Shown: positions 13,259-23,020 of the stretch, in pieces | How positions within the stretch are numbered: the stretch's first letter is position 1 | How the letters are laid out: every line of letters begins with the position of its first letter | Origin: Octopus vulgaris | Lineage: Eukaryota | DNA length: 64,000 nucleotides | Direction of reading: 5' to 3' | Assembly (NCBI GenBank): GCA_951406725.2 | Contig: OX597831.1 | Span: 744,001-808,000 of the forward strand | Made by a program: the position numbers and the translations under genes | The notes under the pieces: model-generated | Told to the model about the DNA's origin: nothing | What the model saw: only the letters and a program-made list of their open reading frames with translations | The model's database searches: none

Positions 13259-16200
13259 CATTTGGGTGTGTGTGCATGTGAGTGTGTTTATATACACAAA
13301 ACCAAAATATTTTTAATTGTTTAGTCAGAAGAGGAAGAGCAGTAGCTATGTTTTTACAAGGCCTCTGAAACTGTTGGAAGAAGGAAGGGAGCCATTATGC
13401 CCACCACCCTGAAACAGACTCTACCAAAGCTACCAAGGGCTAAGTAGCTGCCTTAGATATCCCTCCAGTCACATCCCACAGTATTAAAAAGAAATACTTG
13501 AGGAACAGATTGGATAATGTACTCCTAGATACTTTTAGCTACAAAGTAAAAGATGTCATTGTCATAGACAAAAGGTATTTGGCCATTGGTCCACTCAGAC
13601 AATGAGAAGATGGTGATAGATAACTCCACTGACGTCTCCAAGACTACAGCACCGATGATGACAATGACAACAACGATGACTACCACCACCACCATCACCA
13701 CTATCACCACCACCACTATTTCACTATAGAAAGTGTTCATTATTCACACTAAACCTTACCCAAACAAGTTTGACAAATTTCTGTTTGTCACTGGCTGTCG
13801 GATACTCCCAGTCAATGTCCAAACCATCGAAATTGTGGTGTCTTAGGAAGTAAACCGCTTGAGATGCAAACATCTTCCTTGACCTCTTTGTTGATGCCAA
13901 ACTTCTGAAGTTTAAACTTCCTTCGTTGTACCCTCCGACGGATAGGACCAACTTCAAATCATTATTTTTATTTTTCAGATCGGAAATCTTCTGGTACCTT
14001 AAGAAAAATAGAAAAAAAAAAGGAAAACAAAAAGGGAATAAGAAATCCCGGAAGAACCTGTATCTATATAATCTACTTAATGTATGTCTAAATGAGATAT
14101 TTATCTATGTATCAAAAAGCTAGAAGCTGCAGTTTTTCATCTGGGGAAGAAATCTCTTTATAGACTCAATGCATTAAAAAACATGATATACTTCAGAGAT
14201 AAGTGAATTGAAATCACCCTTGAAACGACCATAAGAATGGCTTTTTTTTGCTGTCATAATGGTTTGTCAATGTCATGTACTTGTGTTAATTACAAAATGA
14301 GGTTAAATCAGCTTGTTTGAAGTATATAAGGACAGTGTATAATCTATATACTAGTTTGCAATGTTGCCACATAAACAGAATAAAATTTGAGTAATGCCAT
14401 AGAAGCAGGTCTGGAGTAAAATCTAATCTATCTAACATACATTATATATGCATGTTATATTAAAAGAAAGTGGGGAGAGGCATTGAGTAGTATAGTTCTG
14501 GATGTACAAAAAATGCAGGATGGTCTTGGCTGTGGATATAGGCTAAGGTACCTTAGTCTATATCCACAAGAACATCACCTAACTGATTGGTATGGAGTCA
14601 CTGACCAACACACTCCAAACTGTCTCACAGATCTGTTGTATCACTGCTGTCTGTCTCGTTCCACCTCTATCCAGCCTGTCTGACTCAGTGACCTTGGCTG
14701 GGACATCTTTGATCATAGGCATGGCTGCTGTTACACCATGATGCTAGGTGATAGCCTAGACAAGCTTGACGATCGTCTAGTGTGTGCCAAACAAATCTTG
14801 AACCACTTGGATGAAATGCCTTGTTGTATTTTTCCAGCCCTTTGCATTCTGAGTTCAAATCCTCACATAACCTTCTTGGATGGTAGACTTCACCTTGGGT
14901 GGTAGACATAATCTTGGGCGGTAGACCTTATGTGCCTTTAGCAGAAACCACTCTGTTGCAACATTTGGGCCAGGTTTCTAATTTGAGCATACCTCCTTCT
15001 CTTCTTCTCCCTTCCTAATCTCTTAATCTTACACAATGTAAGCAAGGCCTAGGACACTGAAAGGGCAAAGGGTTGTGCACTGTTGAACTAGTCTAGGATG
15101 CTGGAGGGGCAAAAGGGGTGCACATTATAAGTCTGGCCTAGGCCACTGAAGTGGTAAAGAGGGGGCACATTATAGAACTGGCCTAGAATGCCAAATACCA
15201 TGATAATCATTGGTCTACTCTATCAGGATTGACCTACAGCTAATCAAAAACATTGAAGACTACACACACACACAGACACACACACACACACAGGTGTGTT
15301 TGCGTGCGCACACGCAGAGGATAAATGTTAGTGTAAAGTAGCAGTGAGACTACTTACATAAGCACATCATTGTCTTCAATTGGTGCAAGTTTATTGTTGA
15401 CCAGTTTTGCAAATGCAAAGTGAATGTGTGAACACAGATTTGGAGCAATATTGGCTGGGGTGAATTTTGCCTGACCCATTCGGTACTGAGACCAATTTGT
15501 GTAGTAACACACACGGCGGTAGCTGGTGGCAGCAACTGGAAAACAAGAAAACAGGAATACTTGATTATATTAATATGTAATCTTTCATCTTAACTCCATC
15601 TTTTCCTTCCCTTTCCTCTCATTCATTCCTCTTTACCATCATCCCTCCCACTCTTTCATCACTCTTGTAAGAACTGAAAAATGTCAAGACCACTGGCCTT
15701 AACTCCTGAATGAGATTGACCTGGATGATGGACACAGTACAGCAATGACACATAATGGAGAGCTTTCAGTGACTTTGAAAAATTAAAAACAACAGTTCAG
15801 TGATCTGTCATGTCAAGTGGCTGCTCATATAAAATTTGTTGCTATTTAACCCCTGGTCAGTCCTGATTGAATATATTGGGTCCCATATATAATGCGGTAT
15901 TTTTATTTGCATGAACTACAAGTTGGAGGGGAACAAGATAAACTACCTGCGTCAACTTGCTATAATTTTACCTTCTCTTTATTCTTAGTGCAAGTTTTTT
16001 TCATTTTTTCAAAGCTATAATGGAAGTAATAAAGGAGTATATTCAGCATATTTTGCTTTATGAGTTCAATAAAGGCAACAACACAACAGAAAGTGTGAGG
16101 AATATTAATGCAGTGTATGGGGATCAGACAATAAGTGTAAGCCAGTGTCAACGGTGGTTCCAGAAACTACAGCCTAGAAGATGAGCCTCATCCTGGAAGA

Positions 16201-16412
16201 TCTGTAGAATTTGACAAGGACAAACCCTGGTGGAACAAAATCCCATTGTAACTGTTGAGGAAACTAGTATAGAAGCTTAGGTTTGATCATTCAACCATTC
16301 ACCGACACTTGCGTGCCATCGGAAAAGTCAGCAAATTGGGTGATATTATATACTCACGTAGTTGCCCGAAAGCCATCAGTAGAATGGTGGTGAATGTAAT
16401 CATTGAGCACAT
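717..16412 (-). CDS. Secreted glycoside hydrolase family 18 chitinase (chitotriosidase/AMCase-like), complete spliced CDS, 9 coding exons, 389 aa, no CBM14
   Basis: join(complement) 16358-16412, 15358-15535, 13760-13997, 11976-12100, 10752-10878, 9438-9623, 6221-6337, 1677-1804, 717-732 = 1170 nt, all GT-AG, phases compatible. Protein: [37 protein letters not shown]...LSVGGY...[11 protein letters not shown]...MAYDFHGPW...GLATYGR...VPY...WIGYDD...[15 protein letters not shown]...LMSETRS*. Confidence 0.95.
906..1327 (-). mobile_element. Putative solo LTR in last chitinase intron
   Basis: TGT...ACA termini, flanks cagga/caggt (5-bp TSD, 1 mismatch), GC-richer body, AATAAA on minus strand. Confidence 0.55.
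1677..1804 (-). CDS. Chitinase coding exon 8 ([42 protein letters not shown])
   Basis: ttttag acceptor, gtaagt donor, GGxxxWxLDxDDF motif. Confidence 0.95.
1903..2220 (-). mobile_element. Interspersed retroposon family with AGGAAGGGCATCCAG core and (GAT)n tail; further copies ~3060-3350(+), 3385-3700(-), 55487-55950(-)
   Basis: Recurrent catcatcgtttaacgtccg...ctacagctggatgcccttcctaacgccaacc across copies. Confidence 0.75.
4121..4342 (+). mobile_element. tRNA-headed SINE family A (Meta-type central domain); other copies ~6665-6893(+), 23208-23430(-), 24568-24760(+), 26815-27120(-), 27881-28082(+), 30160-30310(-), 41430-41630(-), 54355-54560(+), 63300-64000(-, several)
   Basis: A-box GAGCTGGCAGAA, B-box GAGTTCAAATT, core GCCTTTCATCCTTTCGGGGTCGATAAA; many near-identical copies in window. 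Confidence 0.9.
4922..5476 (+). mobile_element. Internally deleted mariner element
   Basis: TIRs ttgggttttccggaaagtt / aactgtccggacaacccaa, TA flanks, transposase remnant [28 protein letters not shown]. Confidence 0.9.
6221..6337 (-). CDS. Chitinase coding exon 7 ([39 protein letters not shown])
   Basis: ctttag acceptor, gtaatt donor, VPY..WIGYDD motif. Absent from ORF track. Confidence 0.95.
7692..8110 (+). mobile_element. tRNA-headed CORE-type SINE family B with internal microsatellite; other copies ~2476-2800(-), 7450-7600(-), 8232-8620(-), 10105-10330(-), 46855-47190(-), 47745-48293(-), 52965-53150(-), 53208-53632(+), 57840-58152(+), 58170-58510(+)
   Basis: A-box GTGGCTGTGTGG, B-box GGTTCAGTCCC, CORE-like GCACCTTGGGCAAGTGTCT; repeated across window. 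Confidence 0.9.
8146..8189 (+). ncRNA. Hammerhead-like motif, U3:A8 core variant, weak stem I
   Basis: TTGATAA-GTG(ccaaca)CAC-GAAACTC(ttggacctt)GAGTC. Confidence 0.4.
9438..9623 (-). CDS. Chitinase coding exon 6 ([13 protein letters not shown]...GLATYGRGF...GFLAYFE)
   Basis: tag acceptor, gtaaat donor, start of chitinase insertion domain. Confidence 0.96.
10752..10878 (-). CDS. Chitinase coding exon 5 ([16 protein letters not shown]...QLNV)
   Basis: MxYDFHGxW motif; cag acceptor, gtaata donor. Confidence 0.96.
11190..11507 (-). mobile_element. tRNA-headed SINE family C with V-domain-like 3' part
   Basis: Head tggcccagtggttagggcagcggactc...ggtttcgattccc; CTGCGATGGACTGACGTCCCGTCCAG segment; (CAT)n tail. 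Confidence 0.75.
11976..12100 (-). CDS. Chitinase coding exon 4 ([10 protein letters not shown]...[24 protein letters not shown])
   Basis: tag acceptor, gtaagt donor, typical GH18 LLLTxAVxAG..IDxGYD. Absent from ORF track. Confidence 0.95.
12820..13045 (+). mobile_element. RTE-clade LINE fragment
   Basis: [25 protein letters not shown]...RNEASMI*WMC. Confidence 0.8.
13760..13997 (-). CDS. Chitinase coding exon 3 (catalytic [11 protein letters not shown])
   Basis: KLVLSVGGY and DxxDxDxE motifs; aag acceptor, gtaagg donor. Confidence 0.97.
15358..15535 (-). CDS. Chitinase coding exon 2 ([18 protein letters not shown]...CSHIHFAFA...EDNDVLM)
   Basis: ttttccag acceptor, gtaagt donor, GH18 N-terminal motif [11 protein letters not shown]. 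Reading frame differs from the ORF-track call. Confidence 0.95.
15876..16342 (+). mobile_element. Mariner 5' fragment (TIR plus N-terminal HTH), in chitinase intron
   Basis: TA-ttggg TIR start; from 16020 [34 protein letters not shown]...CQRWFQK. Confidence 0.85.
16358..16412 (-). CDS. Chitinase coding exon 1 (signal peptide [18 protein letters not shown])
   Basis: Polypyrimidine acceptor tttgtttcaag directly before ATG, hydrophobic 18 codons + 1 nt, donor gtgagt. Phase 1 matches next exon (C|TT). Confidence 0.85.
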
Positions 16413-16495
16413 CTTGAAACAAAGACAAAACAACATGAAAGTATGATATTAATATAGATATAAATACATATGTACATATATACATGTATATATAC

Positions 16496-16560
<65 letters not shown>

Positions 16561-16561
<1 letters not shown>

Positions 16562-17194
16562 GGTTAAGTAATTGAGATTCAAGTGAATTCTAAAGAATTC
16601 ACATGAATATGGTCCTTAACTAGGATGCACCGGAAATCTATATGGTGTTAACCATACGACAAGTGGGGTGATTACAAATAGGAAAAAAGCAACAAGAATG
16701 GATTAAAATCTCGGTACGATCGTTTTGTACGAGGACATCTTTAATAAGCTACAAAAAATGCAGTGAATACAGATGGCTCGTACTCGTCAGCCGAAAAAAC
16801 ATCAGAGAATTCCCAAACATCAAAAGGGGTAGATACAAAAGAGGTTGTAAGATTAACTGCATTGAAGAAAGTTCGATTCATGGAGATCCGATGAAAGGTT
16901 TTAAACCTATAGAATTTATGCATGTCTACATATGAGCTATATGTAGACATGCATAAATTCTATAGGTTTAAAACCTTTCATCGGATCTCCATGAATCGAA
17001 CTTTCTTCAATGCAGCTAATCTTACAACCTCTTTTGTATCTACCCCTTTTGATGTTTGGGAATTCTCTGATGTTTTTTCGGCTGACGAGTACGAGCCATC
17101 TGTATTCACTGCATTTTTTGTAGCTTATTAAAGATGTCCTCGTACGAAACGATCGTACCGAGATTTTAATCCATTCTTGTTGCTTTTTTCCTAT
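16561..17194. mobile_element. Fold-back PLE-derived cassette: 256-bp inverted arms (16678-16933 / 16939-17194) plus one-sided tail, in (TA)n
   Basis: Near-perfect palindrome with 5-nt loop gagct; each arm carries a hammerhead motif; flanked by TA microsatellites. Confidence 0.85.
17076..17163 (+). ncRNA. Type I hammerhead ribozyme (intact core)
   Basis: Stem I TTTCGG/CCGAGA; CTGACGA 17082-17088; stem II GTACGAG/CTCGTAC; GAAAC-GATC-GTA, predicted cleavage after 17157. Confidence 0.85.
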
Positions 17195-17229
17195 ATATAT
17201 ATATATATACATGTATATATATATATTTT

Positions 17230-18639
17230 ATGTATGTATATATAATAATAGGGAATATAATTCTAAAACTTACAGGGAAAAATTCAATTTAACAATTTTA
17301 AATAAAATTTCACAATATATAATATATGTATATAATTTAGAGAAAAACCACTATTAAACAATTCAATAAAGAAAGATGTTATTCACATCATATAGAAAAC
17401 ATATACTATAAAAAAAACTTATTTTAAATCAATAAAGTACAATAAATAGTAAATACTAGTAAAAAGACTACGCACATTTCATGGCTATATTTTCAAATAG
17501 ATAATAATAATAAAATCAATTCAATTCAAAATTAAATCGAACTAAAATTAATTCTATTTAAAAATATAGTCACTCATCAGGTCTACGATAATAAATAATA
17601 AAAAAAAAAAAAATTAAATAAATGTACTTATCTTAACTTATGCTAATTATCAAATAAATATATAAAAAATACGTATATTAACTATAAACAATCGAAAAGC
17701 ATTTAACAATATTTCTTAAAATAAAAATATAACTTATCTTGTCGAAGGATTTTGGTTAACTAACAATTTAAACGTAAAACGTCGAAGTTAGCGTTTATAA
17801 GAAATATAAGAAATATATCGTGTGAAAATATGGCGTAAATAGAATTTATAGAAGAAATCGATAAAAATATGTATTTAAGCTATTAAAATTACAAATGTAT
17901 TTTAGCTGTAAGAACAAGGAAAAAAAATTAAACTCTAATATACTATTAACTGGAAAAATTATAAAGTCTTAATAATTTAAATACTAAATACGTGAAATAC
18001 ATAATATAATAAACATAAATTAAGCTAAAATTCTATAATTTAATCTATTTTCATTAATTAATTAATTTTATAAACATCTAATTTTTAACTTATTCTAATT
18101 ATGTAATATAGACTATATAATCACGTGCTAATTTTTACACATTTTACTACTACAAATTATAACTATTACAATTAGTAACATAAAACATATAGACACAAAT
18201 TAGCTAAACTTATATAAGTAATTTAATTCATGTCTACATTTAATTTTTCGTTCGTCGAGAATATTAAACCAAATTATTATTATAATGATATTTCCATAAA
18301 TTCGTTAGTACATCATAAACAAAAATTACTACCTATTCGATATGATTTTGCCTTACAAACTATCTCCCAATTTAAATTGTACTTAATATTTTTAGATTTT
18401 AGTTCCCATATATATTTACTAAGGTCAGTAGAATTAATTAAATTTTTATTCTTAAAAGAATTCATGAGCCATCCGTAATTTAATTTTATTAGAAGTCGAC
18501 CCTATGTAAATGCATTTAAATTATAACCATTCCTATTATTATCATCAATCAAAGTCACTACACATTTATATACTACATCATCGAAATTACATTATTAAAT
18601 TTACATTTAGTGTTATTTCTACACGTACAATTAATTATA

Positions 18640-18701
<62 letters not shown>

Positions 18702-18960
18702 TGATTTGTTTTTGTAAAACTTATTAAAAGAAGAAATAATGTTATCTACATTATTAGTTGTAGAATAACCAACTCCAAAATTATTACTAGAAAAAATATT
18801 ATTATATCTTTATTATTTCTAGTGAATACTTCAATTATAATTAAAATCTCTTTAATAATGTTTGTTTTAACTTGAGCACCATAAGGAATAATTAACCAAA
18901 TTTTGTTCTTATTATTATTATACTTATTTTTTATAGTATTAAATTTATTATTATCATTTA
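17230..18960 (-). mobile_element. Penelope-like element 3' fragment (linker, GIY-YIG endonuclease, 3' region), decayed
   Basis: Minus-strand translations IWLIIPYGAQVKTNII...GYSTTNNVDNII; NVVYKC...YIGST; YIWELK; WEIVCKAKSY..C; KCRH. Confidence 0.8.
17465..17584 (-). ncRNA. Hammerhead motif in PLE 3' region (long stem II, CpG-decayed)
   Basis: AGAC-CTGATGA-gtgactatattt...aaatatagccat-GAAATGTGCGTA-GTCT. Confidence 0.65.
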
Positions 18961-19081
18961 CTACAGCATCCAGGATATGCTCTCCGGTTTGCTCTGGTTA
19001 AAACTTTCAACCCATGCCAGCATGGTAAACGAACTTTCAGTAATGATGATGATGATTATGACGATGTATGTATGCATATAC

Positions 19082-19129
<48 letters not shown>

Positions 19130-19339
19130 ATAGGGCAATAAGAAATTATTATTACCAGTGGCCAAGCACAAAAACGAATTAGTCATTAGACTATATATTA
19201 TTCACATAGAAATACAATAAGAGGCTTCCAAATAGGAAAGCCTTGTGCTAGAAAGAACTGTAGAAAAAACTCAAACCACCAAATAAGGATAAATTTTCGA
19301 AAGGAATGAAAATTAAAAACGTTTACCATCTCATTTATT

Positions 19340-19408
19340 TCCCAGACCATGGTTTCTAACTATTTCCATCAAAAAAATATTTGCTGAAGGCCAGTTTCAT
19401 CAGTGGGA
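19340..19408 (-). ncRNA. Type I hammerhead ribozyme in a ~370-bp pLTR-like segment (19126-19495) between TA runs
   Basis: TCCCA-CTGATGA-AACTG...TAGTTA-GAAAC-CATG-GTC-TGGGA; predicted cleavage between 19345 and 19344. Confidence 0.8.
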
Positions 19409-19491
19409 CAGCCTTTCAATTTCAAATACACACACAGCCAGATCCACATGTAAAACTAACTGCTTGTATATTCTAACTTTTCAGACCACTT

Positions 19492-19545
<54 letters not shown>

Positions 19546-19546
<1 letters not shown>

Positions 19547-20832
19547 GAGGCGACTTCAATAAGAAATGCCCCTGATCCACTTGAAGTTGTTCGATCTAGC
19601 TGAAATTTTGCATGTGCACTTATTTATATCTCTATAGATTAAGTGGCAAATTACAGCTCTAAACTAATTGTGGTTTCTGATTTACAGGTGTTTGAACTGA
19701 GTCAAGTGTGAAATGGAGTCTGTTGAATATCGAGCAGTGATCCGGTTTTTGTATTTGAAAGGACGCACACCACGGGAGACTTTTGATGAAATGAAAGTAA
19801 CTTATTGTGATAATGCCCCATCATATGACCTTGTAAAACGCTGGCATCGTGAATTCAAACATGGTTGGAACTCTGTGGAAACAGCTCCCAGATCTGGTCG
19901 CCCCCTTTTGCCATTGATGAGGCATCTGTCCATCAAGTTAAGGCTGCCATTTTGGAAGATCGACGCATAACTATTCGCGAAATAGCCCATGAGGTCAAGA
20001 TTAGTACCGGGTCTGTGGAAACTATCATTCATGACCATTTGCATATGCAAAAGGTGTCTGCCAGATGGATCCCCAGGTTGCTCACATCTTTCCAGAAGCA
20101 AGAACGCGTCGAGTGCTCGAGGATGAATTTGGAGATGTGCCAAGAGGATGAGTCAAAATTTTTCAAAAGACTGATTACACAGGATGAAACCTGGGTCCAT
20201 CACTATGATCCAGAGACCAAAGCCCAGTCAATGCAGTGGAAGCACCGTGACTCCCTCCTCCAAAGAAGGCAAGGGTGCAGCCCTCCGCTGGCAAGGTCAT
20301 GCTCACAGTCTTCTGGGACCAGGACGGAGTAGTGATGACAGATTTCCTGGCAAATGGTGCCACAATTACAGGAGCCTATTATGCTTCACTTTTGAGGAAA
20401 TTAAGAGAAGCTATCAAAATCAAGAGGCGGGGCAAGATCAGCAAAGGCATCCTCCTCCTGCAGGACAACGCTCTGGTCCACAACTCGCGTGTCGCCAGAT
20501 CAGAAGCACAGGCGTGCGGCTATGAACCCCCCCCAACCCCTACTCTTCTGACCTTGCACCTTCTGATTTTCACCTCTTCCCAGCCATGAAGTTGTTTTTG
20601 AAAGGAAAGCGTTTCCCAGATGATGCAGCCTTGATTTCTGAAGTCACGTCGTGGCTGGAGGACCAAGCTGGTGTCTTCTACAGAAACGGTCTTCAGAGCT
20701 GCATCAAACGATGGGAGAAATGCGTAACTCTGGGTGGTTCCTATGTAGAAAAAGACTAATAACTGTGCCAAGTTTCGTTGCTCTACTGCTATGGGAAGTG
20801 GGTCAGGGGCATTACTTATTGAACGCCCCTCG
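19546..20832 (+). mobile_element. Full-length mariner (DD34D-type) element, 1287 bp
   Basis: ~37-bp imperfect TIRs cgagg(c/g)..ttcaataag.aatgcccctga.ccactt, inserted in (TA)n. Confidence 0.95.
19713..20759 (+). pseudogene. Frameshifted mariner transposase
   Basis: MESVEYRAVIRFL..., [32 protein letters not shown] spread over several frames. Confidence 0.92.
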
Positions 20833-21000
20833 TATATATATATATATATTTCGTTTTTGGATTTAGTTTGTAAGGTTCTTTATGTGAGTTCGTGTGTTGA
20901 AGCATATTCTGTTGTGTCTGGGGAGAGCCATTCTCTTTTAGTGCCTTTTAATTTAACACACTCACCAGTAAAATTTCCACTCACTTCCTTCTTCATTTTT

Positions 21001-21037
21001 CTAAAATTTTCGCTGCGTTTTGCAACCTTTTCAATAG
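21001..21037 (-). ncRNA. Minimal hammerhead-like motif, U3:A8 variant, short stem I
   Basis: CTA-TTGAAAA-G-GTTGC(aaaac)GCAGC-GAAAATTT-TAG. Confidence 0.45.
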
Positions 21038-21769
21038 TCTTGACTCTGTCCGTTATTCACACTGCGTTCGTTTTGTTTGTTTGTGCACATGTGTGTGGGT
21101 CAGAGTGTGTGTACATACACATGCATGTATGTATGCATGTATGTATGCATGCATATGTGCATATGCATGTATATATGTGCATATGTATATATATATGTAT
21201 GTGTGTATATTTGTACGTATGTATTCTGCATATTCCTGTGTCTGCTTGTCCGTGTTTGTGTGTTTTTATAAGTGTGTGTTTGTGTGTTTGCATGTGTGTG
21301 TGTTTATGTGTACCTCTGTGTCTTTGTGTGTGTGTGCGTGCGTGTGTGTGTGTGTTTTGCAACTAAGTACTGTGTTTGCATCAATGGATGTTTAAATAGG
21401 AAATATACATAGTAGATATCATACCCCTATACCCACAGTTTATACAGGTAGAGTAGAATAGTTAGGGGGCTATTATGTAGATAGATGTATGTATGTGTGT
21501 GAGTGGGTGTATGTATATATGTATGCACATACGTGTAAGCATATGGATATGAAAGTAAACAGATTAACAAACAGACAGATAGGTACATAGGTTATATGAA
21601 CAGACAAACACACATATATACATACACAAATGAAGACTGAAACACGTGTCCATATATACACACACACACACACACATATAGAGACACACGTCCACACATA
21701 TAGATATACACATCCATACATCCAAATGTACAAACATACATACATGTGCATATATATATATATATATAT

Positions 21770-22094
21770 ACAATTGCAGCGTGGAAGGTGTTTATAAGCC
21801 ATTTAAGAAACACACAAAAGCCGTTCGATTCACTTCAACATTTAAGTTTAATTTGTCAAAATATTTTCGTCGCTAAAATCCGCGACCTGTTCACTGACAA
21901 AGTCCGTGATGCATCAGTGAACAGGTCGCGGATTTTAGCGACGAAAATATTTTGACAAATTAAACTTAAATGTTGAAGTGAATCGAACGGCTTTTGTGTG
22001 TTTCTTAAATGGCTTATAAACACCTTCCACGCTGCAATTGTTTTCGTTTCAGCACACGATCTCAGATCAAATTACTTGCTATGCGAGTACATCT

Positions 22095-22098
<4 letters not shown>
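21770..22098. mobile_element. Fold-back PLE-like cassette: 128-bp inverted arms (21770-21897 / 21914-22041) plus one-sided tail, in (TA)n
   Basis: Arms appear identical by eye, 16-nt spacer, hammerhead-like motif at inner ends. Confidence 0.8.
21852..21901 (-). ncRNA. Hammerhead-like ribozyme with G3:C8 swapped core
   Basis: TTTGTCA-GTGAACA-G-GTCGC(ggatttta)GCGAC-GAAA-ATAT-TT-TGACAAA: 7-bp stem I, 5-bp stem II, palindromic loop III. Confidence 0.6.
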
Positions 22099-22134
<36 letters not shown>

Positions 22135-22665
22135 CAATGCATACATACATACATACCCCCCCACACACACATATATAAATAAAAGAACAGAGATTTAGAA
22201 TTTGGGCCGGTACCTTACTATCACTCTGATACAATCCAGGTTCTGGCTAACCGCGTCAAACGATAGGGAAGACAAGATTGCTTAAGGTATATAATCACGT
22301 AGTATGTAACTCTAAAGGTAAATTCTGAGTCCATTTGTCCATTTTATACAGCATACCGAGTATATCTCCAAAACATCATACTAAAAATAGAGAACAATAC
22401 ATCTTCGGAACCCGTTTATTGCGATAAATTCACAATACATTCATGTTAAATTTAATGTAAATGTAGTGTGAATTATTGTAATAAACAGGTTTTAAGGATG
22501 TACAATTAATTCTCCATTCTTGATGTCTTGAATGAACATACACACACATATATAAGTGTGTGTGTGTGTGTGTGTATGTGTGTGTGTGTGAATGTGTGTG
22601 CATGTGTGTGAATATTCAAGACATCAAAGTAACTCTTCGTTTTTTTACCATTGGGTGCTTTATTG

Positions 22666-23020
22666 TTACCTCATCCTTAGCGAAGGCGGAGGTATATTTG
22701 TCAGTCGTGCTTGTTTGTCTGTGGACAAGATATCTCAAGAACCGTCGAATGGATTCAGATGAAACTTTCAGGGACGTTTAATCTTGCGACTGGCACAAAT
22801 TGATTAGATTTTGGGATCAATTTGGTACCGGACAAAGATTCTGGATTATTTTTCTGCTTTTTTTAAATTTAATTTTTGAGAGTGGTCGGGTTCATTTTTA
22901 GTATTCTCGTTTGTGAGAGCAGTCGAGTTTATTTCAGATATTCTCATCTTGAAAATCATCTCTGGCTAATTATTGAGAGGATGTTGATGAGGAGGTTTGC
23001 ACTCTCTGAGTGCTCTTGTT
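22666..23020 (+). mobile_element. Non-autonomous Helentron/DINE-1-like (HINE) element
   Basis: 5' ttacctc..ggcggaggt sub-TIR, gtttgtctgt segment, 3' ggaggtttgcactctctgagtgc hairpin followed by ttgtt. Confidence 0.65.

Noticed and set aside
16741-17131. Pair of near-identical 69-aa ORFs on opposite strands
   Set aside because: By-product of the palindrome, not a gene pair.
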